Shown here: piece after piece, positions 1 to 16,624 of the stretch
Layout of the letters: every line of letters begins with the position of its first letter
How positions within the stretch are numbered: the stretch's first letter is position 1
NCBI RefSeq assembly: GCF_009914755.1
Contig: NC_060927.1
Strand: one strand, 5' to 3'
Source: the human T2T-CHM13v2.0 reference genome, Homo sapiens
DNA: 64,000 bases
Notes under the pieces: generated by a model
What the model was told of the DNA's origin: nothing
Database searches by the model: none
What the model saw: only the letters and a program-made list of their open reading frames with translations
Program-made: the position numbers and the translations under genes

Positions 1-239
1 CAGACACTCTAAAATATTTCTTAAAAGTCAAACCCTGGGATAAGTGGGATAATATTATTTCCAGAATTATCACAATGTAAAATTCAAATGTCCAGTTTCT
101 ACAAAAAAAATCACAAGGCATACAAAGAAACAATAAAGTATGGCTCATTCAAAGGAATAAAAGAAATCAATAAGAAATGTTCTTGAGGAAGCCCAGATAG
201 TGGACTTCATAGACAAAGACTTTAGAATGACTGTCTTAA

Positions 240-554
240 CCCATTTCTCGTTTAGAAAAAAATTGCAGCTCGCCGCCAGTACTCATTTAATTTTACATAA
301 ACACACTCTTTGAGGCTGAAGCAAATCAGACTGATCTTCAATGTGAAAATAAAGTATAAAAACTGTTCTTGGAGTTATTTCCAAACAGAACTTTTTTCTA
401 ATCCTAATGTAACAGAAATGTATATGATGACAGTATTTAATAAGTGGGCAGAATTTTGGGGTAAGGTTAGGACTGTAATCCATGAGTTATCGTGGTGTAT
501 TCACTGCACTGCAAGGGCCACTGGGGAATATTTTCACGGCAAATGGGAAATGGG
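240..554. mobile_element. piggyBac-type MITE (MER75 family)
   Basis: TTAA TSDs at 236-239 and 555-558. Imperfect TIRs CCCATTTCTCGTTT ... AAATGGGAAATGGG. Confidence 0.85.
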
Positions 555-843
555 TTAAAGATACTCAAAGAGCTAAAGGTAATCATGGACAAAGAGGAAA
601 ACAATGTACGAATTAGAATCAGAATATCAATAGAGATAGAAATGATAAGGAGAAACCTAAAGGAAACTCTGGAGCTGAAAAGTATCATAACAAAAAGGGA
701 AAATACACTGGGATGGGGGTGGGGGTGGTTAAAAGCAGATTTGAGCAAGTAAAATAAAGAATCTGCAAACTTAAAGATAGGATGATTGAAATTATTGAAC
801 TGGAGGAACAGAAAGAAAAAAGGATGAAGAAAAGTGAACAGAG

Positions 844-2222
<1,379 letters not shown>

Positions 2223-2340
2223 GAAAAGTGAACAGAGCCTAAGGGACCCAGGGGACACTATCAAGCAGACAAACATATGCATAATGTGAATACCAGAAGG
2301 AAAGAGAGAAAGAAAGAGGCAGAAAGACTAGTTGAAGAAA

Positions 2341-2956
2341 TGTTCCCAGACCAAACTGAGGGTCGGGCTGCTATTTCTCGCTGCCCAATAACAAGATGCA
2401 AATGAACTGGGGAGAAAGAGAGTTTTTTTATTTCTGTAACCGGTTACAGGGAGAAGGCCTGGAAATTATTGCCAGACCAACTCAAAATTACAAAGTTTTC
2501 CAAAGCTTATATACCTTCTAAGCTATATGTCTACGTGTAAGTGTGCATTCATCTAAAGACATAAGTGATTAGCTTCTTTTAATCTATAACTAAGGTCTGA
2601 GTCTTGAAGACCTTCCTCTGGAGCCTCAGTAAATTTACTTAATCTAAATGGGTCCAGGTGCTGGAGGTAATTACCCTTATCTGGTCTCCTGCTAAATCGC
2701 AGAGGTTTGGGGAGTTCCTTCAGATCCCCGGTAAAACTTTTTTAATTCTAAATGGGTCCTATTAAGAATTCCTTTGTTATTTTGTAATGCTTTAAGGCCC
2801 AGGAAAGGCCTAGGCAAAACCCTTGGTGGGCATTTCTTACATTCCAGCCTTTGTATAAAGGGCATTGGCTGTTTCAGCTTTGAATATTTAACTTAACCAC
2901 TTAGTACTAAAACAGTTGTTATGGAGGCCTGCATTAGTGAGACCTGGCCTGCCACA
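2341..2956 (-). mobile_element. Solo ERV1 LTR (LTR26-like, family tentative)
   Basis: TG...CA ends, 4-bp TSD GAAA (2337-2340, 2957-2960), minus-strand TATA (~2506-2513) and AATAAA (2427-2432). Confidence 0.85.
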
Positions 2957-3060
2957 GAAATAATGCTTGAAAACTTCCTAAACTCAATGAAAAATACAAA
3001 TCTACAAATTCAAGATGCTCAACAAACTCCAAGTAAGATAAACTCTGAAAAACTATCATT

Positions 3061-3600
3061 TTTTTAAAAACCAAAAGAAAATAACAAGTGATAGTGAGGA
3101 TGTGGAGAAATTGAAACCCTTGTGTATTGCTGGTGGGAATGTAAAATGCAGCCTCTGGAAAATGGTATGATTCCTCAAAAAACATAGAATTACCACATGA
3201 TCTGCTTCTGGGTATATATCCAAAAGAAATGATGGCAGGAACTCAAGATATTTGCACACTTGTGTTCATAGCAGCATTAGTCACAAAAGCCAAAAGGTGG
3301 GAGCAACGAAGTAACCAGTGACAGATGAATGGATAAAATGTGGTATATATGCATCAGTGGAATATTACTTGGTCTTAAAAATGAAGGAAATTTTGACACT
3401 TCCTACAACACAGATGAAACTTGAAGATATTATGCGACATGAAATAAGCCAGTAACAAAAAAGACAAACATTGTATGATTCCTCTTAAATGAGTTTCCTA
3501 GAGTGATAAATTTATAGTGACAGAAAGCATGGTGTTTGCCAGAAGCTGAAGTGTGGGGGAAATGGGGATTAAGTGTTTAATGGGTATAGTTTCACTATAC
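3061..3600 (+). mobile_element. Old L1 3'-end fragment (L1MB-like)
   Basis: Typical L1M ORF2 end and 3'UTR motifs (gtgaggatgtggagaaattgaaaccc, acagatgaatggataaaatgtggtat). Confidence 0.75.
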
Positions 3601-3638
3601 AACAAACAGGTTATAAGAGACAAAGAAGTATATTATAT

Positions 3639-4641
<1,003 letters not shown>

Positions 4642-4645
4642 ATAT

Positions 4646-5570
4646 ATTAATAAAATATTCCATACAGCAGGCAAGTAAAACAGCTATAAACATTACACAC
4701 CTAATAATAGACCCTCAAAATACATAAAGCAAAAATTGACAAAATTGAGGGGATAAATATATTTTTATAGTAATAGTTGGAGACTTATTTACCCCAGTTC
4801 CAATAATGGATAGATCATTCAGACAGAGGATAAGAAAATAGAGAATTTGAACAATGCAATAAGCCAACTAGACTTAACAGATAAATATAAAACACTCCAC
4901 CCCAAAACAGCAGAATACATATTCTTCTCAAATGCTTATGGAACATTCTTCCAGAAAGACCAAATGTTAGGCCACAAAACAAGTCTTAATAGATTTATAA
5001 AGATAGATATTATACATATCTTCTCCATCCCAAACAGGATAAAGATAGAGCTCAATAGTAGAAGAAAAAAAAAAGTCATCCAAATTTGAATGGAAGAGGG
5101 AAAATTATATTCTCAGATAACATGATCCTGTATACAGAAAATCTGAGTCCAAAAGATAACTAGTAGAGCTAATAAACTAATTTAGCAAAGTTGCAGCATA
5201 TAAAATCAAAACAAAAATCAGTTGTGTTCCTATATAGCAGGTATGAACAATCCAAAAAGGAAATTAAGAAAGCAATTTTATTTCCAATAGCATCTAAAAG
5301 AATTAAATACTTAGGAATAAATCTAACCAAGCTGGTGAAGGGCTTGTATCCTGAAACTACAAACTATTACTGAAAGAAATTAAAGACTTAAATAAATGAA
5401 AAACTATCCTATGTTAATGAATAGGAAGGAAGACTTAACATTGTTAAGATGTTAATACAGTCCAAAGTGATCTACAGATTCAATGCAATCCCAATCAAAA
5501 TTCCAATAGACTTTTTCACAGACATAGAAAAGCTGATTCTCAAATTCATATTTAATTGCAGGGGGCTCCT
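4646..5570 (+). mobile_element. Old L1 ORF2 fragments
   Basis: Translations QLDLTDKYKTLHPKTAEYIFFS and IASKRIKYLGINLTK match L1 ORF2 EN and RT-downstream regions. Confidence 0.85.
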
Positions 5571-5571
5571 T

Positions 5572-6587
<1,016 letters not shown>

Positions 6588-7150
6588 TGTCAACCAAAGA
6601 ATAATGAAGTTCATACATTTGATAAGGAGACCTTTATTTCTCATAAAGGATTGCAGCTTACAGGGTGGCCATTCTGACAGGCTGGGAGGCATAGCCTCCA
6701 GCCAGAAGCCAGAAACACACTTTGAGGGAGGTGAAAAGGAAATAGGAATTTATGCTGAGCAAGACAGCCAAATATACATATTCAGTAATCTATAGGAAGA
6801 GTCATGAGTAGTTTTGAGGAGACACTTGCACATGCACAATTGAACTTTGTTCTCCATGGGACCCATATTCAAAAAATGGCATCATTAGCATGATCTGAAG
6901 ATGAAGTTTTTGGCCCTCTGATGTCAAAAGGTGAAGCAGAGGATGTGCTTCACCCTTACTGTGCATTCTCTGTAGAATGGCCAGAACCACTCAATGGTTG
7001 GTGGTTTTTAATCAGTCAAAAAAGGAGTGATAGCATTAGGCAGTTGGTTGATATCAGAGGTGGAGTATTTTGAAAGGTCTGGTTTCTGTTTACTTTTAGG
7101 GAAGAAAGCCTAATTGTGGTTAGCAAGGGAGTGGGTATAATGAGGTTGGT
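6588..7150 (-). mobile_element. ERV1 (MER4-group) LTR, partial
   Basis: Begins tgtcaaccaaagaa, with minus-strand AATAAA (tttatt ~6633) and LTR-like composition. Family not resolved. Confidence 0.55.
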
Positions 7151-7599
7151 CTAATCCAACCTCATTAACCCCCCTCATCTAAACCCCAAGTGGGGTTTTC
7201 CAGGGAACCACTAGACAGGTCAAATAATGACAATTTTCCAGGAATGAGGCTTTGAAGGAACTCCAACCCCATCTTCCCCCTCTGGTGGCTGCCAGGCTGC
7301 TGATTTTCACTATGATTGTGGGCTATTGGTTTTCAAGGATACTGCAAAACTGGAGAGGGGGGATGGGAATAGGGCAAGTTAAAACACCACAAAGCTTGTT
7401 GCTTCTACCAAGATTCAGCTGTTTTCTTGAATAAATCATCTCTAGGTTGCTACAAGCCTTAGGTTAACTTCTAGAATCCTGGAAAAGTTGATTCTGACAA
7501 TTTTTTTTGCTAGTTTTCTAATCACTTTTTTTAGAAGAGAAAATTTTTAGAGGTCCCTATTCTGCCATTTTCACCATTATGGTGACCATAACGTCACCA

Positions 7600-10500
7600 T
7601 AACAGCCCTTGTTCAAAATTCCCTGGTTCTCTGGAGTTTTCTCCTTTATATCAAGAAGGTAGACAAGTACTGTCCCCTAGGGACTGGGGGTTGTTGTTTC
7701 TGTGAAAGAACAAAGGCTTTCCACAAGCAGCCCCAATGCTTCCTCCCTTCCTACCTGTTGCAGAAGAATTGCCCTGCTTGTTTAAACATTACTTTTGCAT
7801 GTTGCCTACAGAGGATGAAATTTTCCTACCTTTCTCTGTCCCCCTTCATGCCATCCTCAACACTCACTTAGATCTCAAAGGCTGCATGCAGGGAAAAAGG
7901 AGCCCAGTCTCTTTAAGGCTATTGGCTGGGAACAGGGTCCTCATTTACCTAAAAGGACATGGGGAATGGGAACATGAGAGGATAGGAAACCATTTCATTG
8001 CAAGAATGCTCCAGACAAAGGTCACTACAAGGTCTTGTAGACAGAGATACAGGCCAGCCCAAGGCCACAGGTTCAGGAGACCAAATTATCCATAGAACAG
8101 AGATGAAGGCTGATCCCCAAAATGGGATGGGATCAGGGTTAGGGGTACACAGTAAGTACCAGTTCATTCCAGAGTCCCAAGGATGAATGGGGCAGGGTGT
8201 ACTCTGCTCATTCTGGTTTGCCATATGGCAGGATTAAGGGAATGAGGGGGGATGTCCTCTTGTTCCCTTCTCTCCTTTGTTCTCTCTTCACAGGTGGGTA
8301 ATCGTGCCTCCATAAAACAAGATGGAACCAAAGTTAGGGGTACCTGGTAAGCACTGGTTCATTCCGGAACACGTAGGTTGAATGGGGGAATGCCCTATTC
8401 ACTCTGGTCTGCCATAAGTGCAGGAACCCCAAGGATGAATGGGGATACCCTGTTCACTCTGGTCTGTGTATGTGAAGGAACCCCTAGGAACCCCTAGAAT
8501 GAATGGAGGATGGCCTCTTCACTCTGATGCCATAAATGCAGGCAAAAGATAGAAGGGAAACAAGGGGGTATCTTTTTTTCCCTTCTCTCCTCTGTTCTCT
8601 CTTCGCAGATGGGCAATCACATCTCCATACCACAGGACACACCCCTTGGATGCATCCTCAAGAACTGGGAAAAGTTTGACCCACAAGCTCTAAAAAGGAA
8701 AAGGCTAATTTTTTTTGTCACACAGCCTGGTTCTGATATGGACTTGGGGACCAGCAATCTTGGCCAGAAAATGGAAGTATTAATTTTAATACTATCCATC
8801 AACTAGATTCGTTTTGCTGCCAGCAGGGAAAATGGACAGAAATCCCTTATGCACAGGCTTTCATGGCCGTAAGAGACAACCCTGACCTTTGTTGGGCTTG
8901 TAAAATGGACCCAGTGATGATAGCAGCCATCACCAGGCAACCTCCTCCAGTAGATTTGGGAGACCCTTTATCAGATTTGCACAGGGCTCAAGCCCCAGAG
9001 GAACCAAAGGTGGAATTTAGTTCAAACATTGCCTCTTTTATTCCCATTATATCCAAGTCTCCCAGTCCCATAGCCTTCCCCTCCCTACCCAGGGCCACCC
9101 TCTGGATACCACCCCCTTAAGTTATCCCCACTTCAGGAGGTTAGCAGCCCTATTGGGTCAACTAGAGTCCAGACTCCATTCACTATGTAAGACCTGAGCC
9201 AGATTAAAATGGAGCTATGGAAGTTTATGGAAAACCCTGACTAATGCATTGAAGGGTTCCATTAACTAGGCTTAACATTTGAACTTACTTGGGAGGACTT
9301 CACAGTCACACTAGGCCAAACTCTAAGGGAGAACATGACTCCATTATGGAGGCAGCCCAGCAATTTGCAAGTGCAATGCACATGACTGACCCTGGTGGCT
9401 ACCTTGTGAGGGCCACTGCCCTTCCCCAGGTTGGCCCCCAACTGGGAATACAATACCCAGGGGGGTATATGGGCAGTGAACCACATCCCCATAATGGGGA
9501 TGAAGGATAGCAGAGGAAAGCCTGTAAACTACAATAAATTGGCCTTAATAGATCAAGACTCTCTTGAAAATCCCACTACTTTCTTAGAGAGGCTACATTA
9601 GGCCCAAGTGAAACATACTAACCTTGACCCAGACACCCCAGAAGGATGCCTTCTTTTGTATCCCCATAGACCCATCTTCCCAATTGCTATTTGCCTTTGA
9701 ATGGGAAAATGAAAAAGGAAGGAGCCAACAGCTCACCTGGACTGTGCTTCTGCAAGGTTTTAGAGATAGTCCCCATTTGGTTGGGCAAGCCTTGGCTAAA
9801 GATTTTCAAGACCTGACTCTTGAGGGGGCAGATGTGTCCTACAGTATGTGAATGACCTGCTAATCTCCTCCCCCACAAGACAACTGGGAATCCAACATCT
9901 AGTCCAGACACTACATTTTCTTGCAGACAGAGGGTACAAAGCATCCAAGGCCAAGGCACAGCTTCTCAGACAAGAGGTCCAATACGTGGGGATAATCCTG
10001 ATCCCTCGAGAACATAAGTTCTCCCCAGAACGGATACAGGCCATCCTTAAAATACCTATCCCAGCCACCCAAAATCAGCATCAGGCCTTTCTAGGGATCA
10101 CAGGATATTGCAGACTTTAGACTGGGTTATGGTGGGATTGTTAAGTCCTTATATTAGACTCTAAAAGAAGGGACTGATAGGGACTCACTTCTCTGGGAAA
10201 AAGATCAGGAGCAAGCCTTTAGGCAGCTAAAGACTGCTCTCTCATAAGCCCCAGCCCTTGGGCTACCCATACTAAGCAAACTGTTTTAGCTTTTCATCAC
10301 CAAAAGCCAAGGTGTAGCCTTAGGAGTCCTAACTCAAACTGTTGGGTCAATCAAATGTCCTGTAGGTTACTTTTTAAAGAACCTAGACCCAGTAGCACAC
10401 AGGTGGCCACACTGCCTCAAGGTAGTGGCTGCACAAGCCCTCCTACTGGAGGAGGTCCTCAAAATCACCATGATACAATCAATCCAGCTCCTGATGTCCA

Positions 10501-11058
10501 ACAAATAAGCCCCTTACTGGACATAAAAGTGCCACAATGGCTCACTGACAACAGATTGCTAAAGTATCAAGTGTTGTTAGAAATCCCACAGGTAACAGTT
10601 GAGTGGTGCTCCACCCTCATCCCAGCCTCCTTACTGCCATTACCAGGAGAGGATGACTCAACACATTCATGTTGTGAGATACTTAACCAAATTTATGCCA
10701 GATGGGAAGACTTAAAGGATCAGCCCTTGGACAATCTGGTCAAAATATGGTTTTCAGATGGGAGCAGTTTTGTTCAGAATGAAACTATATATGCAGGGTA
10801 CACAGAGGCTAAAGCTCTATCCTTGGGGACCTCAGGACAACTAGCAAAACTCATCTTTTAACCACAGGCCTAACACTAGGGGAAGGGAAAAGAATAACCA
10901 TTTATACAGATTCCAAATATGCCTTTTTGGTGCTTCATGCCCAAGCCACTATCTGGAAGGAAAGGGAGTACCCAGCAACTTGGGATACTCCTACTAAGTA
11001 GGGGCCCCAAATCTTAGAGCTACTAGAGGCCATTCACTTGACCCAGGAGGTGGCAGTA
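7600..11058 (+). mobile_element. Defective ERV1 internal region (HUERS-P3/HERV9-W-like): leader, gag, partial pol
   Basis: gag MGNHISIPQDTPLGCILKNWEKFDPQ at 8609. RT DAFFCIP...QLTWTVLLQGFRDSPH, catalytic motif degraded to YVND (9845-9856). RNase H WFSDGSS and IYTDSKYAF. Many stops and frameshifts; 5' edge approximate. Confidence 0.85.
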
Positions 11059-12004
<946 letters not shown>

Positions 12005-12164
12005 CTTTCACAAGGTTCAGGAGTGGGAGAAGGCCCTGACTGCAAGAGACATAAGCACATAATTAATTATTCTCTATTTTTTCCCCTCCTATGCTTAACC
12101 CTGGGAAACTGAACTACTGCAGTTTGACAGTAGGAAATAAGAGCCAGGGGGCGGGAGACTGACA

Positions 12165-12166
<2 letters not shown>

Positions 12167-12208
<42 letters not shown>
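12167..12208. repeat. (GT)n microsatellite
   Basis: About 21 perfect GT units. Confidence 0.95.
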
Positions 12209-12209
<1 letters not shown>

Positions 12210-12556
12210 GCCACCCAGCTGTGCTAATTGGATTTGGGCAATTATAGATAATGATTATAGTGATCATAAATCATAAATATGAGAAGGCAACTCCTAAGGT
12301 GGTCTTGGCATGGCTCACATTTCAGAGGGTAGGAGACATTCTAGGATGCTACAAATTATGTAAGAAAGGAACTACTGAACTAACTAGAGATGAGTCTGAG
12401 TGTATGGTGTGGGTAAGACACAGGAGAGTTGGGAAATAGGTGGAGTGATTGTTGCAGAGACTAGTCACATTGATCACGTAGCTGTGGAATGAGAGGAACG
12501 ACAACCCTGATTGGTAAGAAGAGAACATCTTAGACTCTGGGTTGTCAGGGCAGAGG

Positions 12557-13283
12557 TGAACCGCCCAACAGGTTCTCCTTGCCTGCTGCCTAGACACAGC
12601 TGATTTATCAAGACATGGTAGTTGTAATAAAGAAAGGGTTTAATTCATAAAGAGCCAGCATATGGAAAACTGGGGTTTTTATTATTACTCAAATTACCCT
12701 GAAAACTTGGGGGTTGGGGTTTTAAGGATAATTTGGTGGGTAGGCGGTTGGAAAGTGGAGAGTCCTGATTGGCCGGGTCACAGATAAAATCATAGGGAGT
12801 TGAAGCTGTCCTCTTGTGTTGAGTCAGTTCCTGGGTGGGGGCCACAATACCAGATGGGCCAGTTTACCAGTCTGGGTGGTGCCAGCTGATCCACTGCGTG
12901 CAGGTTCTGCAAAACATCTCAAGCACTGATCTTAGGTTTTATAAGAGTGATATTATCCCCAGGAACAATTTGGGGAGGTTTAGAATCTTCCAGCCTCCAG
13001 CTGCATGACTCTTAAACCATAATTTCTAATCTTGTGGCTAATTTTTTAGTCCTGCAAGGGCAGTCTAGTCTCCAGGCAGGAAGGGGGTTTGTTTGGGAAA
13101 GGGCTGATACCATCTTTGTTTCAAAGTTAAATTATAAACTAAGTTCCTCCCAAAGTTAGTTTGGCCTGTGCCCAGGAATGAACAATGACAGCTTGGAGGT
13201 TAAAAGCAAGATGGAGTCGGTTAATTCAGATCTCTTTCACCGTCATAATTTTCTCAGTTATAATTTTTGCAAAGGTGGTTTCA
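12557..13283 (-). mobile_element. Second solo LTR8-family LTR
   Basis: Colinear with 3639-4641 minus its Alu. TG...CA ends with near-TSD GAGG/GAAG. Confidence 0.85.
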
Positions 13284-13556
13284 GAAGGAAGGTCAATTAA
13301 CTTCTCTTCGCTACTATCTGCAGGATATCTGGCCAATTTAACCTAGACTTCTGCTACCACTATCAACTTGACCACTGGCCAACAAACAATCTTAATTTTA
13401 AAACTATCAGAATCTTCCCAAAGCCACTGGCTCCAGAAGGGGAACAGCCTCACTAAGATATAACATAACAAGGTTAACTTTCTGAAAGTTGATATTATTC
13501 CCTTTAGCCTCATTCTGTTATCACTTTTGTACATTTTTCACAGACCACTTATTGTT

Positions 13557-13670
13557 CTAAATTCTCTAGCATGACTGATAGTGGATAATTGTATTGTTTT
13601 GGATTTCCTGCTGGTCAGTTCAGGTGCGATATGTGCCATTACCAACACCTCTTGCCTCGCCTGCATTCAG
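13557..13670 (+). pseudogene. Retroviral env TM remnant (immunosuppressive domain and degenerate CX6CC)
   Basis: Frame from 13557 reads LNSLA*LIVDNCIVLDFLLVSSGAICAITNTSCLACI. Confidence 0.7.
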
Positions 13671-14300
13671 CCGTATTAACTAGCTTGGTTCTGGATTGGG
13701 AACATATCTACCATCCAGTGGGCCTGATTAAACTATAGGGACTCGTAATCATGGTTACTCTGATTTGATGTTGCCTAGGAGAAATGGAGTGGATCTGGTC
13801 CAAGCCTTTATCAGTACAATTAACTAGAGTATCTGATGAACCTAAGTGGCAGCTTATGCGCCTGAGAATTCTAAACCATATGTGTGATAAGTTGGGAGGT
13901 AGAGTTGTAGGTGAATGACTCTGCTGTGGTACCCTGGCTATCTTGCACATATCTACATAGGCCACACAGGAAAAGGCATGAACAGCAGCTAATCTAAGTC
14001 TTAGCAGATTGTCTTGTGATCCTCCAGAACACAAGGGGATGAGAGGAGCTTTACAAGGTCATCCCTCACTCCCTTCCCTATCTCCTATGGGAGGCTGTCA
14101 TGAGACAGTTTGTCATTGCCTCCAAGGTTCTGATGAAGCATGAGACTTTCATCCCCCAGAAGGAAGTAATGTTGTAGTCTGCAGTTATATCCTGAGGAGG
14201 GTGGGTCCTCCCAGGTCCACAATTCCACCTCCCAACCTACCACACATATGGTTAAGAATTCTCAAGAGCGTAAGCCACCACATTGGTTCGTCACTCAACC

Positions 14301-14428
14301 CAATGTGAGTTGTCGGATACCCCATTTCTGAGGAGCCAATATTAGACTGCAAAAAGTAGTGTTATAGTCTACTTTGTTGCAGTCTAAAATTGGCTCCTCA
14401 GAAATGGGGTATCCGACAACTCACATTG
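14301..14428. repeat. Long inverted repeat (59/60-bp arms, 9-nt spacer)
   Basis: 14301-14359 is the reverse complement of 14369-14428 with one mismatch and one 1-nt indel. Confidence 0.97.
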
Positions 14429-14481
14429 CAGGCATCCAGCTCCCTTTTGTTTCATGGCATTCTTTTTAGCAGGTAGGATGA

Positions 14482-14844
<363 letters not shown>

Positions 14845-15440
14845 TATTTTATCTTTATTAGCCAAATCAGTCAGGCCATGGCTTTGCCTGCTGTGTGTGT
14901 TTGACAGAAAGGTCAATGGAATGAGTAAAAATATAGGTAAATATAATAGACTACCTATTCTTCTCCTTTTCAGATTTCTAAAAGTTTTGAACAAAAACAC
15001 TATTCAGAGCCATAAGAGACCTTCCTTCTGGTGGACGATGACTTAGTAATCGTGCATCTCCAGGGCTCCTTTTTCTGAGCTAAAACCCTCATAATTGTTT
15101 TGTCACCCAGTCCAGTTTTCTCCATCTTGTCACCAAGAAAATCTTAAGAGACTTCATTGTATGCTCAACCTACCTAGTGATCTTCCCCATGGTAAGAGTT
15201 ACTGCTTCCATCTCAGTACTCACAGACTATCAGGTAGTGTCCATTTATGAACCTCTCTATCATCTTCTTGCATACAAACAAGACTGGGAGCCCATCTGAG
15301 GTCTCTTTTGCTCTGTGACTTTTCACAGGTATGGTATCTGTAAGTGCTTAGTACCTGGGGAGCTATTCAGGCATCAGAGCATCTGAGCCTGTGGACTTGA
15401 ATTCCATGTTTATCTTCCTACCTTATTCACCCCGAGACAT

Positions 15441-16505
15441 TGAATATACAAATGGGCAATGGCCATACTACATAGAAAAACAGGACTGTGTCACACAATC
15501 TGTAGCAACCAGTCCAGGAAGCCAACCCATTTTCTATGGTAACCACTCAAGGAAGTCAAACCACTAAATCACTATCTGTGGCAACCAGTCCACTAATCAA
15601 AACAATAACCCTGGTAGCAATTGACCCCAAACAGCTGGGATTTGATCTCTTCCTTCCTTCCTCCCTCCCTCCCTCCCCTCCTTCCTTCCTTCCCTCCTTC
15701 CTTCCTTCCTCCCTCCCTTTTCCTTCCTTCCTTCTTCCCTTCTCCTTCCTTCCTCTCTCCCTCCCTTCCCTCCTTCCTTCCCTCCTTCCTTCCTCCCTTC
15801 CTTTTCCTTCCTTCCTTCTTCCCTTCTCCTTCCTTCCTTTCTTTTTCTTTCTCTCTCTTTTTCTTTCTTTCTCTCTCTCTCTTTCCCTCCTTCCCTTCCT
15901 TCCTTCGTCTCTTCTTTCTTTCCCTCTCTCCCTCCCACTCTTTCTTTCTTTCCCTCCCTCCTTTCCTTCCTTCCTCTTTCCTTCTCTTCTCTTTTCTCTT
16001 CTTCTCTTTCTTCTTTCCAGGTTCTTGCTGGAGTGCAATGGTGCAATCACAGCTCACTGCAGCCTTGACTTCTCAGGCTCAAGTGATCCTCCCATCTCAG
16101 ACTTCTGAGTAGCCAGGAGCTGGCTATTTTTCTTTATTTCTTTCTTTCTTTCTTTTTTTATTTTTGTAGAGATGGGGTAGCAATTTGATTAAAAACTATC
16201 AGATTCCCTACTTTTTCCCATACTACTTCCAACTTAGGACCAAACAGAGAAAGCCAAAAATTTCCCCCTACCAATTACATAAGATTCCCTGCTTCTAGTT
16301 AGCCCGCCTGTAGTTTCCCCATGCCAGCAACTTCCAATAAGGGAATACCTGAAGCCATTCCTTTTTTCCACTGTGAAGCTTTCCCCACTCTTCTGCCTGA
16401 CTTTCAGTCTGCTGAATGCAAGTGATGAGGGCTGACTCTCTTGTCATATATAGCAAGCTCTGAATAATAGTCTTTGTTCTCATTTGAATAATCTTTATTT
16501 TCACA
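15441..16505 (+). mobile_element. Old ERV1 LTR (MER34/LTR39-like) interrupted by a pyrimidine tract (15647-16020) and an Alu fragment (16020-16180)
   Basis: Repeated gcaaccagtcc/ggaagcc motifs and an LTR-like 3' half. Possible TSD atttgat around the insertion. Confidence 0.5.
15647..16020. repeat. (CCTT/CT)n polypyrimidine low-complexity tract
   Basis: About 370 nt almost exclusively C/T on the + strand, with an internal ~70-bp duplication. Confidence 0.95.
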
Positions 16506-16624
16506 CTTCTTAAAAAATTTAATTTCCTGGCATGTTGCATAATGTTAGGTAAGCCATTTTCTCTCTTTGGGCCTTACTTTCTTCAACTGAAAAACTGGTT
16601 CAACATTTATTCATTCTTTTATTC

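Noticed and set aside
8170-8560. Interspersed direct repeats as a CRISPR-like array
   Set aside because: Degenerate, irregular units inside a retroviral leader in primate DNA, with no cas genes.
15536-16112. Several 150-190-aa ORFs
   Set aside because: Artefacts of the CCTT/GGAA low-complexity tract.
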